Below, piece by piece: positions 27,425 through 36,889 of a stretch of 64,000 nucleotides of DNA. A program made the position numbers and the translations under genes. The notes beneath the pieces are model-generated. The model did not search any database. It had not been told where the DNA came from and saw only the letters and a list, made by a program, of their open reading frames with translations. The stretch's first letter is position 1; the number at the start of each line of letters is the position of its first letter. Source of the stretch: Patescibacteria group bacterium. GTDB lineage: Bacteria; Patescibacteriota; Patescibacteriia; Patescibacteriales; XYC2-FULL-47-12. Location of the stretch: the NCBI GenBank assembly GCA_041652935.1, contig JBAZGH010000001.1, forward strand, positions 7,393 to 71,392, given 5' to 3'.

Positions 27425-29077
27425 ATGATTAAAAAATTATTCACCTCTAAAATAAATTCAATTACTTCAGCAGCAATAATTGTCGCGGCGGCGTCGGTAG
27501 CCAGCCGCTTTTTAGGTATTTTCCGCGATAGGATTTTAGCCGGTGAATTCGGCGCCGGCGATACGCTTGATATCTATTATGCCGCTTTTCGCGTTCCTGA
27601 TTTAGTTTTTAATTTGCTTGTTTTAGGCGCGCTGTCAGCCGGTTTTATCCCGGTATTTGCCGGCTTATGCGAGAAAAAATCCGTTTTTAAATTTTTATGC
27701 CGCGGTAAAGAGAAGTGCGGCCAAGAGGCCTGGTATGTCGCCAACGCGGTAGTGAACTTAATCGGCATTTCTTTGATTATTATTTCAGCAATTTTAGTTA
27801 TTTTTACTCCCCAACTAATGCGTTTAATTACTCCAGGATTTGACGGGGAAAAGTTAAGCATGACAATAGCAATGACCCGCATTATGTTTTTATCTCCATT
27901 CTTTTTGGGTTTAAGTTCGGTTATGGGCGGAATTTTACAGTCATTTAAAAGATTTTTTGTCTATTCAGTCGCGCCGATAATGTATAATATCGGGATTATA
28001 ATCGGCGCTTTGTATTTTGTTCCGATTTGGGGAATTTACGGCTTGGCCTATGGAGTCGTTTTCGGCGCCCTGCTGCATTTTTTAATTCAGGTTCCGACTG
28101 CTTTCCATCTTGGCTACCGTTGGCAGCCGGTGCTTAATTTAAAAAATAAAAATGTCAGGGAAATAATAAAGATGATGGTTCCCCGGACAATGAGTTTGGC
28201 GATTTCCCAGATAAATTTAGTTGTAATTACTATTATCGCCTCTACTCTAGCGGCCGGCAGTTTGGCGATTTTTAATTTTGCCAATAATTTACAGTCATTT
28301 CCCATAGGCATATTCGGCATTTCTTTCGCGATAGCGGCTTTTCCAACCCTATCGTCTTTAGCGGATAGAAAGGAAGAACTAATCCGCAATTTTTCCAAAG
28401 TATTGCGCCAAATTATTTTTTTCATTCTGCCGGCAACAGTTTTCATACTGACTTTGCGCGTGCAAATTATCCGCGTTGTTCTCGGAAGCGGCCAGTTTGA
28501 CTGGGAAGACACTATTTTAACCATGGATACTTTGACTTTTTTTAGTTTAAGTTTATTCGCGCAAGCAACCATCCCGCTTTTAATCCGCATGTTTTACGCC
28601 CAGAAAGACAGCAAGACTCCATTCATTGTCGGCTTAATTTCAGCCATAGCTAATATATTTTTAAGTTTGTGGCTTGCCTCCCGCATGGGCATAGCCGGTT
28701 TGGCGCTGGCTTTTTCCATCGCCATGATAATAAATTTTGCCCTGCTTTGGCTTTTATTAAAAGCAAGGTTGGGCGAATTGGATGAAGTAAATATACTCTA
28801 CTCAACTTTAAAAATTTCTTTAGCCAGTATTTGCGCAGGTCTGGGCGTACAGGCCATGAAATTAATCGTCGGCTCTTCTGCGGTTATTGACATGACCCGT
28901 TTTTGGGGTATATTTACCCAAAGTGCTGTTGCTGGAATTTTCGGCTTGTTTATTTTTATTCTGCTTTGCTGGATGCTGCATGTGGAAGAGCTTTATAATT
29001 TTGTCCGCAGCATCCGCGCCAGAGCCAAGCGGGAAAAAGTTGAAACCGAGGGGCATGGCGAAGCGCGAGGCATTTAA
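27425..29077 (+). CDS. murJ: Lipid II flippase MurJ (MviN family)
   Basis: 550 aa with about 14 transmembrane helices. The N-terminal SRFLGIFRDRILAGEFGAG is typical of MurJ. Confidence 0.8.
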   Translation: MIKKLFTSKINSITSAAIIVAAASVASRFLGIFRDRILAGEFGAGDTLDIYYAAFRVPDLVFNLLVLGALSAGFIPVFAGLCEKKSVFKFLCRGKEKCGQEAWYVANAVVNLIGISLIIISAILVIFTPQLMRLITPGFDGEKLSMTIAMTRIMFLSPFFLGLSSVMGGILQSFKRFFVYSVAPIMYNIGIIIGALYFVPIWGIYGLAYGVVFGALLHFLIQVPTAFHLGYRWQPVLNLKNKNVREIIKMMVPRTMSLAISQINLVVITIIASTLAAGSLAIFNFANNLQSFPIGIFGISFAIAAFPTLSSLADRKEELIRNFSKVLRQIIFFILPATVFILTLRVQIIRVVLGSGQFDWEDTILTMDTLTFFSLSLFAQATIPLLIRMFYAQKDSKTPFIVGLISAIANIFLSLWLASRMGIAGLALAFSIAMIINFALLWLLLKARLGELDEVNILYSTLKISLASICAGLGVQAMKLIVGSSAVIDMTRFWGIFTQSAVAGIFGLFIFILLCWMLHVEELYNFVRSIRARAKREKVETEGHGEARGI

Positions 29078-29107
29078 CACTTAATAAATAACAATTAATA
29101 TTTAATT

Positions 29108-29416
29108 ATGAACAAAATTAATAATTTCCACAAAACAACCATCTTTACTTTTACGCTCGCTTTATTATTTATTTTTTCCGCTATTTTAGTGCAGATAAAA
29201 GGGCAAAGCGAGTTGAGTATGAATTGCAGTTATCTTGACCCCATCACCATAGATATTTTTGCTTTTATATTCGCCCTATTTTTAGTTATTGAAGGAATGT
29301 ATAAAATATATCAGGATAAAGATGCGGCATTGACGAAACAAATGACGAGGAGCATTAGAGTTTCCGTTGGCATGGCTATTTTAACTCTCCATATTCTGCA
29401 GTTTTTTTATAAGTAG
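29108..29416 (+). CDS. Small hypothetical membrane protein
   Basis: 102 aa with three predicted transmembrane segments. No recognisable family. Confidence 0.35.
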   Translation: MNKINNFHKTTIFTFTLALLFIFSAILVQIKGQSELSMNCSYLDPITIDIFAFIFALFLVIEGMYKIYQDKDAALTKQMTRSIRVSVGMAILTLHILQFFYK

Positions 29417-29467
29417 CAGCGGAATCTGTAAATAAAAAACGTAAATTATTAATATATAATTTATTTT

Positions 29468-31348
29468 ATGAATCACATACGTAACTTCTGTATAATCGCG
29501 CACATAGATCACGGCAAGTCCACATTGGCAGACAGGATGCTTGAAATAACGGGAACGGTGGAAAAAAGGAAAATGAAAGAGCAATTGCTGGACAGGATGG
29601 ACTTGGAAAGAGAGCGGGGGATAACCATTAAACTGCAGCCCGTTAATATGGAGTACGAAGGATACCATTTGAATTTAATCGATACTCCCGGGCACGTGGA
29701 TTTTTCCTATGAAGTTTCAAGAAGTTTAGCGGCTGTTGAGGGCGCTGTTTTGTTAGTGGACGCAACTCAAGGAATACAGGCGCAGACGCTGGCGAACCTT
29801 TATTTAGCGCTTGACCAAAATTTAGAGATAGTACCGGTTGTAAATAAAATTGATTTGCCCGCGGCGGATGTAAAAGGAACAAAAGAAAGCATTGTTAAAT
29901 TGCTTGGATGCAAACAAGAAGAAATTTTAGAGGCCAGCGGAAAGACCGGCGCAGGAGTGAAGGAAATTTTACAGGCAGTTATTGATTGTGTGCCGCCGCC
30001 CAAGACAACCGCGGAAAATAAATTGCGCGCTTTAATTTTTGACTCTGTTTACGACGAATATAAGGGCGTAGTCGCCTATGTCCGGCTGGTTGACGGAGAA
30101 GTTAAGAAAGGGGATGAGATAAAAATGGTTACGACTAAATATGAAAGCGACGCCCTTGATGTCGGCGTCTTCAAGCCGGATTATAAATCGACCGGAGAGC
30201 TGAGAACAGGAGAAATCGGCTATATTGTGACTGGCCTTAAATCAGTTGAAGAGTGCAAAGTCGGAGATACCATAACATTATCGAACGCTTTAATAGCGTC
30301 CCCCTCCTTAAGCGAGGGGACAGGGGTGGTGATGAAAAATAAAAATCACACCCCCCCAACCCCCCCCTCGTCCAAGGGGGGGCGCGTTCGCGCAATGGTT
30401 GTCGCACTTCCCGGCTATAAAGAAGTAAAGCCGATGGTTTTTGCGGGGATATTCTGCAAAGAGGGAAATGAGTATGAAGAGCTGCGCGAGGGCATTGGAA
30501 AATTAAAATTAACTGATTCAGCCCTGGTTTATGAACCGGAGCATTCACAGGCGCTGGGCTTCGGGTTCCGATGCGGATTTTTAGGCCTGCTTCACCTGGA
30601 AATATTCCAAGAGCGCTTGCGCCGGGAGTATGGCTTGGGGCTGGTAGTTACAACGCCTTCAGTTGCTTATCAGCTTAAAAAAACCGGCGGGGAAGAGATG
30701 ATAGTGCGCTCGGCCCTGGATATGCCTGACCCCGCGCATATCGCTTCCATAAAAGAGCCGTGGGTAACCTTAGATGTAATTTCCCCCAAAGATTATATGG
30801 GAGGAATTATGTCTTTAGTGCAGGAAAAGCGGGGAACATATAAAAATACTGAGTACATTGACGATAACCGAGTAATTTTGCATTACGAAATGCCGATGTC
30901 GACTATCCTAACTGATTTTTATGACAAAGTAAAAAGCGCAACATCTGGTTACGCTTCTATTAATTATGAATTTTTAGATTACCGGAATTGCGAGGTGCAG
31001 CGATTGGACATTTTAGTCGCAGAAGAGCAGGTTGAATCTTTGGCAACTATTGTTTATAAGGACGAGGCGTTTAAGCGCGGCAAAGAAATTGTGAACTCGC
31101 TGAAAAATACATTGCCGCGCCAGCAGTTTGTTTTAAAAATACAGGCAGCTATTGGCGGTAAAGTAATCGCGGCTGAAAGAGTGTCCGCCTTGCGGAAAGA
31201 TGTAACTGCTAAATTATACGGCGGCGATGTTTCCCGCAAGCGCAAACTTTTAGAAAAGCAGAAAAAAGGGAAGAAGAAAATGATGTCTATGGGCAAGGGC
31301 AAGGTTGATATTCCGCCGGAGGCGTTCCTTGCGGTGTTAAAGAAATAA
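29468..31348 (+). CDS. lepA: Elongation factor 4 (LepA), carrying a roughly 34-aa in-frame insertion
   Basis: 626 aa. The G-domain motif NFCIIAHIDHGKSTLADR and the LepA C-terminal domain are present. The insertion lies between TITLSNA and ALPGYKEVKP. Confidence 0.85.
   Translation: MNHIRNFCIIAHIDHGKSTLADRMLEITGTVEKRKMKEQLLDRMDLERERGITIKLQPVNMEYEGYHLNLIDTPGHVDFSYEVSRSLAAVEGAVLLVDATQGIQAQTLANLYLALDQNLEIVPVVNKIDLPAADVKGTKESIVKLLGCKQEEILEASGKTGAGVKEILQAVIDCVPPPKTTAENKLRALIFDSVYDEYKGVVAYVRLVDGEVKKGDEIKMVTTKYESDALDVGVFKPDYKSTGELRTGEIGYIVTGLKSVEECKVGDTITLSNALIASPSLSEGTGVVMKNKNHTPPTPPSSKGGRVRAMVVALPGYKEVKPMVFAGIFCKEGNEYEELREGIGKLKLTDSALVYEPEHSQALGFGFRCGFLGLLHLEIFQERLRREYGLGLVVTTPSVAYQLKKTGGEEMIVRSALDMPDPAHIASIKEPWVTLDVISPKDYMGGIMSLVQEKRGTYKNTEYIDDNRVILHYEMPMSTILTDFYDKVKSATSGYASINYEFLDYRNCEVQRLDILVAEEQVESLATIVYKDEAFKRGKEIVNSLKNTLPRQQFVLKIQAAIGGKVIAAERVSALRKDVTAKLYGGDVSRKRKLLEKQKKGKKKMMSMGKGKVDIPPEAFLAVLKK
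30296..30398. mobile_element. GC-rich palindromic miniature element inserted in frame within lepA
   Basis: Hairpin 1 is GTCCCCCTC-CTTAAGC-GAGGGGAC. AGGGGTGGTG and CACACCCCCC are complementary. Hairpin 2 is CCCCCCC-TCGTCCAA-GGGGGGG. The element is about 60-70% GC in an AT-rich gene and resembles the element at 42711-42872. Confidence 0.55.
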
Positions 31349-31468
31349 CACAACACGTATTACATAACGCAAACATATGAAAAGAAAAACAATTAAAAAA
31401 GTTATCGGCACCAGCATAATAATCATAATGATTATCGCTATGCTGTTATTTACTTTAATGCCGTTGTT

Positions 31469-31509
31469 TTATTAAAAAATAAAAAGCCGTTTCCAATTCT
31501 GAAAACGGC
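31469..31509 (-). terminator. Rho-independent terminator for the minus-strand small gene
   Basis: On the minus strand the stem GCCGTTT / AAACGGC is followed by TTTTTATTTTTT. Confidence 0.6.
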
Positions 31510-31513
31510 AGTG

Positions 31514-31708
31514 TCATCTAGAACTCCAAAGATAATAGACCGTAATAAAACAGAGAGCGGCCAGGAACCATCTCACCACCTTATAGATTAGAAATCCGAC
31601 TGTATCCCGTATTTCTCGTCTATAAAAATAATCTTCGCCCGCTCCGATAACAATAAATCCAACGACGAATAAGATAAAGCCTAGTATAGTTTTCATTGCG
31701 GGGTCCAT
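31514..31708 (-). CDS. Small two-helix membrane protein
   Basis: 64 aa. A strong SD AGGAGG lies 8 nt upstream, and its own terminator follows. Confidence 0.5.
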   Translation of the reverse strand: MDPAMKTILGFILFVVGFIVIGAGEDYFYRREIRDTVGFLIYKVVRWFLAALCFITVYYLWSSR

Positions 31709-31761
31709 TTCCGCCTCCTTTTTTGAAATAGATGTAAAGATATTAGCATTATTTTAAAGTT

Positions 31762-33573
31762 TTGTCAATTTTTATGGATAAAAAGTGGATTATAAAGGAA
31801 AAACAGGAATACACTAAAAACAATCCGGGATTGCACCCGGTTATTTTTCGATTACTGGCAAATCGCGGTTTTAGCGTTGATGAAATAGAGAAATTTTTAA
31901 AGCTGGATTACAAGGAAAATTTACATGATCCATTCTTATTTAAAAATATGAAAGCAGCGGTAGAATTGATTTTTAAGCACATGAAGAATGGAAGCAGAAT
32001 TATAATATACGGAGATTATGACGCTGACGGTGTTACAGCCACGGCGGTTATGCAGAAGACATTGGAATTTTTAGGATGCAAGAATTTAGATATTTACATT
32101 CCCCACCGCGAAAGCGAGGGATACGGCATAAATAAAAGCGCGGTAGAGGAAATTGCCAAAAGCGGCGCTAGTTTAATTATCACAGTTGATACCGGCATTA
32201 GAAGCATCGGCGAGGTTGCGCTAGCTAAAGAAAAGGGAATGGACGTTGTTTTAACCGACCATCATGAATGCGGCGAACAGGTTCCCGATTGCTTGATTAT
32301 TAATCCAAAAGTTAACGGCGAAAAATATCCATTCAGGGATTTGGCCGGAGTTGGCGTGGCGTTTAAAGTGTCGCAGGCGTTGTTGTACGCACGCGAAAAC
32401 CATGCGCAACATAACGCAAAACAACGCGAAAAAGAGGGATTTGAAAAGTGGCTATTGGATTTAGTAGCCATAGGCACCATTGCTGATTTAATGCCATTAG
32501 TTAATGAGAATAGAGTTTTGGTGAATTATGGATTAGTCGTATTGAATAAGACGCAGAGAATCGGCATTAAAAAATTAATGGAAACCGCGCAAAGCGATAC
32601 TGATAAAAATGGAAATAAGCGGGAAGTTGACGCTTGGCAAATTGGTTATCAATTAGCCCCTCGCTTAAATGCGGCTGGTCGGCTTGGGCGCGCAAATACG
32701 GCCTACGAATTACTTATTACTGAAGATAAACAAGAAGCAACAGAAATAGCCCATAAATTAGACAATACGAATAAAGAACGCCAAAATATTACACAAGAAA
32801 TTTTTGAGCAGGCAGAGCAAGAGATTAATAAGAAAAACAAAATTTTATTTGCTGTTTATAATGGAGAGCAAAAGAACGCCTGGTCTTCAGGAGTGATGGG
32901 TTTGGTGGCTGGAAAATTAACAGAAAAATATTACCGGCCATCGTTGGCGATTACAAGCAAAATTGGCAATGATGGGTTGGAAATTGTCGGGAGCGCCAGA
33001 AGTATTGCTGAATTTAACATTACATCCATGCTGGAGGAATGCGGTGAATTATTATCGCATTACGGCGGGCACAAACAGGCGGCCGGATTCACCATAAAGC
33101 CGGGAAAATTAGATGAGTTTTTAGCCAAAGCAAAAAAAATTACTGAACATGAATTAAAAGATGTTGAATTAATCCCCGCCCTAGAAATTGATTTAGAGAT
33201 AAATTTTAATGACGTGTCTGAAGATTTATATGAAGCATTGCAAAAATTAAGGCCCTTCGGAGTTAAAAATGCCCAACCAAAATTTGTTAGCAAAAATTTA
33301 AAAGTGATAAATGCAGTTAAGATGGGGAATGAACAACAACATCTCAAGTTACAAGTTACAAGTTACAAGTCACAAAAATTAAGCGCAGTTGGTTTTAGCG
33401 TATTGGAAGAATGGAAAAAAATAAAAATTGGAGACGAAATTGATTTAGTGTATTATATAGATATGAACGAATGGAACGGGAGGAGGGAAGTTCAGTTGAA
33501 GATTATAGACCTAAAAAATAATTCAAATATTCAAATGAATTCAAATACCTCAAATACAAATAATTCGAATTAA
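31762..33573 (+). CDS. recJ: Single-stranded-DNA-specific exonuclease RecJ
   Basis: 603 aa. DHH motifs (IIIYGDYDADGVTA, DHH) and DHHA1 are present. The C-terminal tail is N/S-rich low-complexity sequence encoded by TTCAAAT repeats. Confidence 0.8.
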   Translation: MSIFMDKKWIIKEKQEYTKNNPGLHPVIFRLLANRGFSVDEIEKFLKLDYKENLHDPFLFKNMKAAVELIFKHMKNGSRIIIYGDYDADGVTATAVMQKTLEFLGCKNLDIYIPHRESEGYGINKSAVEEIAKSGASLIITVDTGIRSIGEVALAKEKGMDVVLTDHHECGEQVPDCLIINPKVNGEKYPFRDLAGVGVAFKVSQALLYARENHAQHNAKQREKEGFEKWLLDLVAIGTIADLMPLVNENRVLVNYGLVVLNKTQRIGIKKLMETAQSDTDKNGNKREVDAWQIGYQLAPRLNAAGRLGRANTAYELLITEDKQEATEIAHKLDNTNKERQNITQEIFEQAEQEINKKNKILFAVYNGEQKNAWSSGVMGLVAGKLTEKYYRPSLAITSKIGNDGLEIVGSARSIAEFNITSMLEECGELLSHYGGHKQAAGFTIKPGKLDEFLAKAKKITEHELKDVELIPALEIDLEINFNDVSEDLYEALQKLRPFGVKNAQPKFVSKNLKVINAVKMGNEQQHLKLQVTSYKSQKLSAVGFSVLEEWKKIKIGDEIDLVYYIDMNEWNGRREVQLKIIDLKNNSNIQMNSNTSNTNNSN

Positions 33574-33576
33574 TTT

Positions 33577-33975
33577 ATGCAAGATAAAGTGGTTCATAGA
33601 GAATTATCATATAAAATTACAGGTTTATTATTTAAAGTTCATACTGAGTTGGGGCATTATCGCAATGAAAAACAGTACGCTGATTATTTTGAAAAATTAT
33701 TGCAATTATATAATATTGAATATGTTAGAGAATATAGATTTTTAGATCAACAATATGGAAAGGAACAAGTAAGATGTGTTGCGGATTTCATTATTAATGA
33801 TAAGGTGCTTTTAGAGTTTAAATCTAGAAATTTTTTAACTAAAGACGATTATTACCAGGTTAGAAGATATTTAATAACTCTGAATTTACAATTAGGTATT
33901 TTGATAAATTTTAAACAATATAGGCTATCACCAAAACGTATTTTAAATAGTGATTTTTTGAGAAATAAATTTTAA
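33577..33975 (+). CDS. GxxExxY-family protein (PD-(D/E)XK-like)
   Basis: 132 aa. The G..E..Y pattern appears in ELGHYRNEKQYADY, with a D..E.K-like core. Confidence 0.5.
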   Translation: MQDKVVHRELSYKITGLLFKVHTELGHYRNEKQYADYFEKLLQLYNIEYVREYRFLDQQYGKEQVRCVADFIINDKVLLEFKSRNFLTKDDYYQVRRYLITLNLQLGILINFKQYRLSPKRILNSDFLRNKF

Positions 33976-34037
33976 TTTAATTTTTTATTTGAATTATTTG
34001 ATTTGAATAATTTGAATTTAAGTTCGTAATTCGAATT

Positions 34038-34445
34038 ATGAGTTATGCGAAATTAACAATCTACACCGACGGCGGAGCGCGCAACAATCCGGGCCCGGCA
34101 GGCATAGGGTGCGTTTTTTATGATGACAAAAAAAATATAGTTAAGGAAATTTCCGAATACATCGGCGAGGCGACAAATAACCAAGCAGAATACAAAGCTT
34201 GTTTGCGGGCGATGGAAGAAGCAAAAAAATTCGGAGCCGAGGAGTTGGATTTTTATTTGGATAGCGAATTAGTAGTTAAACAGCTCAAGCGCGAGTATAA
34301 GGTAAAAAATAAAGAGCTGGCGCCGTTGTTTATGAAGATTTATAATTTATCCCAGCAGTTTAAAAAGGTAACATTTAAGCATGTGCGGCGCGAGTTCAAT
34401 AGGGAAGCGGATAGATTGGTAAATGAGGCGATTGATAATAGATAA
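34038..34445 (+). CDS. rnhA: Ribonuclease HI
   Basis: 135 aa. IYTDGGARNNPGPAGIG and TNNQAEY are RNase H catalytic motifs. Confidence 0.85.
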   Translation: MSYAKLTIYTDGGARNNPGPAGIGCVFYDDKKNIVKEISEYIGEATNNQAEYKACLRAMEEAKKFGAEELDFYLDSELVVKQLKREYKVKNKELAPLFMKIYNLSQQFKKVTFKHVRREFNREADRLVNEAIDNR

Positions 34446-34470
34446 CCATGAAAATAATTCAACCATTATT

Positions 34471-34527
34471 TAACGATAATTGTACAATAATTAATTATCG
34501 TTAAATTATTGTACAATTATCGTTAAA
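34471..34527. promoter_or_regulatory. Composite perfect palindrome TTAACGATAATTGTACAATAAT / ATTATTGTACAATTATCGTTAA, with an additional direct repeat AATTATCGTTAA
   Basis: Read directly. The arms are 22 bp and perfect, separated by 13 bp. The element lies between rnhA and the ftsB-like gene. Confidence 0.6.
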
Positions 34528-34544
34528 TATTTTATAATAAACCC

Positions 34545-34985
34545 ATGCGCCAGAGGTTTGCTCAACAAGATAATATTTTTAAACGGACAATTTTAAACTC
34601 CAAATTTTTTACTTTGGTTGTTATTGTAATTATAGTATTAATTTCCCAGCCGCTGATAAAAAAGATAAACCAACGGCGCGATTTAAACAGGGAGATTAGC
34701 GCGTTGGAGCAAGAGGTGGATCGAATTGAAAATAAGAATGACGATTTGCGCGGGTTGATAGATTATTTAGACAGCGACGGCTTTACTGAAAAAGAGGCGC
34801 GATTAAATCTTGATTTGCGCAAGCCGGGCGAGAAAGTTGCCATAATAAAAGGAACTGAAAATAATTTTTCAGAACAGGAAGAAGTAAAGACTATTTTTAA
34901 TGTGCCCGGCCTGGATAAAGAGCAGCCGGAATCGCCAAAAAATAACTTGAAAAAATGGCGGGATTATTTTTTTGCCGTCAGATAG
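34545..34985 (+). CDS. Septum formation initiator (FtsB/DivIC-like)
   Basis: 146 aa. It has an N-terminal transmembrane segment and a coiled coil. ARLNLDLRKPGEKV matches the FtsB C-terminal motif. Confidence 0.6.
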   Translation: MRQRFAQQDNIFKRTILNSKFFTLVVIVIIVLISQPLIKKINQRRDLNREISALEQEVDRIENKNDDLRGLIDYLDSDGFTEKEARLNLDLRKPGEKVAIIKGTENNFSEQEEVKTIFNVPGLDKEQPESPKNNLKKWRDYFFAVR

Positions 34986-35026
34986 CTTATTTACATATAA
35001 ATTAAGGAACCAATAAATTTAACCGA

Positions 35027-36580
35027 ATGCCCAAATATATTGACGGGGTAAAAAAAGTTAACGCAAAAAAGGTTAAAGAAGACAATCCACTGCCAATTTT
35101 CTCAAATAAAAATAAGAATGTAGAAAAATCAGCCAGCGGAATTTTTTATGTTGCCGCTAAAAGCGCCGAGAAGAAGCAAGACATAAAAAAGCCGGGCAGT
35201 TACGCGAAGCCGGAGGAAAAATCAGCTGAAAGCAAAGTAGAAGAAAATAATTTATTTAAAAATATTTTTGGCAAAGCGGAATTCATGGGCGGAAAAAAAA
35301 TTAATTTAAAAAACAAATTTTTTAAGATTAGCGAAATGGCGGAAAAGAGAATGGCTAGGCAAAGGGATAAAATTGAATTGAAAAATAAAGAATTAGCCGC
35401 AAGAAAAGAACAAAAAACAGGGGAGGAAAAAGCGCGGTTGGAAAAGATAGCGGCTGAAAAAAAAGCCAGGGAAGAAAAGCATTTAAAAATGCAAAAAGAA
35501 AACAAAAGGCAAAAAAATGAAATTAAAAAAAGGAAGGGAATGGCGAAAAAAGCCAAGGCAAAGCTAAGAGCGGAAAAATTTGCTTTAAAGTTAGAAAGGA
35601 AAGAAGAATGGAAGAAGAAGGCGGAAGAAACAAAAAAGAAGAAAAAGAAAGCAATAAAAATAATTATTTTAAAAATAAAACAACAGTCAAGAAAACTGTT
35701 AATGTCGCTGGCTGTCGGCGCTATAATTACAATAGCGGTTCTTGCGGGGCTGTCTTATTCGGTTTATCAACATCCCGTTACTAATGATTTGAACCAGGTA
35801 CTAATAAGGAAGCTGCCGTTCCCGGCGATTTTTGTGAATTACCGCATGGTAAGGTATTCGCAATATTTTGACGATTTGCGCTTATTAGGAGATTATTATT
35901 TAACAGAAGCAGAGTCTAGCTTGCCCGAAGGAAAAACTTTAGGGAAAAATAAAGATCAACTAGTGCTGGAAAAAATTATAGAAAAAAGATTATTGGAAAA
36001 CTTAGCGAATAAATATAATGTAAAAGTTGGAGAGAATGAAGTTAATGAATATTTTAATAAATTATCCGCCGCGGAAGGCGAAGAGAATTTTACAGATAAG
36101 ATTTATAACCAATATGGCTTAACTAAGAAGCTTTTTAATGAAAAAATAATCTATTATTTTGTTTTGAAAGATAAAATAAAAGAATATTTCATTAAAGATG
36201 AAAAAGCGCATCAAGGAGCAAATTTAAGAATTAAGAAAGTAGAGGAATTGTTAAAAAAGAATCCGGATGATTTTGGAAAATTAGCCGAGAAATACAGTGA
36301 AGATGTCCACGCTTTAAATGGCGGGGATATTGGATATATAAAATATGGCAGCATGGAAGAGAATTTGAAACAATCTATTACCGGTCTTAATATGGGCGAT
36401 ACAAGTGAAATTATAAAAGAAGAGGACGAGTATTACATATTAAAAGTACGCGACATAAAAGAGGGCCGGGACGGCCAGGATGTTTGGCTGGAAAAAATAA
36501 CTATTTTTACCAACTATACTTTTGATAAGTATTTAGAGGATTTAAGAAATGAAGCTAAGATTTGGAATTTAATTAAATGA
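35027..36580 (+). CDS. Lys/Glu-rich coiled-coil protein with a C-terminal PpiC-type (parvulin) peptidyl-prolyl isomerase domain
   Basis: 517 aa. The C-terminal HALNGGDIGYI...GDTSEIIKEEDEYYILKV is a rotamase domain. A mid-protein transmembrane segment is present. Confidence 0.65.
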   Translation: MPKYIDGVKKVNAKKVKEDNPLPIFSNKNKNVEKSASGIFYVAAKSAEKKQDIKKPGSYAKPEEKSAESKVEENNLFKNIFGKAEFMGGKKINLKNKFFKISEMAEKRMARQRDKIELKNKELAARKEQKTGEEKARLEKIAAEKKAREEKHLKMQKENKRQKNEIKKRKGMAKKAKAKLRAEKFALKLERKEEWKKKAEETKKKKKKAIKIIILKIKQQSRKLLMSLAVGAIITIAVLAGLSYSVYQHPVTNDLNQVLIRKLPFPAIFVNYRMVRYSQYFDDLRLLGDYYLTEAESSLPEGKTLGKNKDQLVLEKIIEKRLLENLANKYNVKVGENEVNEYFNKLSAAEGEENFTDKIYNQYGLTKKLFNEKIIYYFVLKDKIKEYFIKDEKAHQGANLRIKKVEELLKKNPDDFGKLAEKYSEDVHALNGGDIGYIKYGSMEENLKQSITGLNMGDTSEIIKEEDEYYILKVRDIKEGRDGQDVWLEKITIFTNYTFDKYLEDLRNEAKIWNLIK

Positions 36581-36609
36581 GCTGAAGTGGGGTTAAATTT
36601 TATTTTTTG

Positions 36610-36682
36610 AGCCACCTGTCGGGTTTGAACCGACGACCTACGGTTTACGATACCGCCGCTCTGCCAACTGAGCTAAGGTGGC
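36610..36682 (-). tRNA. tRNA-Thr (anticodon CGU)
   Basis: Folded by hand into a cloverleaf: acceptor GCCACCT/AGGTGGC, anticodon loop AUCGUAA, T-loop TTCAAAC. Confidence 0.8.
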
Positions 36683-36764
36683 CTTTCTTGGAGCAGGTAA
36701 CGGGAACCCGCCCACGTCCCGAATTTTCGGGACTACAGTGGGTAAGTTGAACCCACGATTTCTG

Positions 36765-36835
36765 AGCGGGATACGAGAATCGAACTCGCGTCTCCTGCTT
36801 GGGAAGCAGATGTACTACCATTGTACTAATCCCGC
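36765..36835 (-). tRNA. tRNA-Gly (anticodon CCC)
   Basis: Folded by hand into a cloverleaf: acceptor GCGGGAT/ATCCCGC, anticodon loop UUCCCAA, T-loop TTCGATT. Confidence 0.8.
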
Positions 36836-36889
36836 AAATAAACTATTCAACTAAAGTGGCTAAGCAACTAGTTAACTAATTCATATACT

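Noticed and set aside
31378-31479. A 33-codon ORF (MKRKTIKKVIGTSIIIIMIIAMLLFTLMPLFY) after lepA.
   Set aside because: It is a plausible tiny membrane peptide, but there is no SD, no conservation can be assessed, and it overlaps the minus-strand terminator region. There is not enough support.
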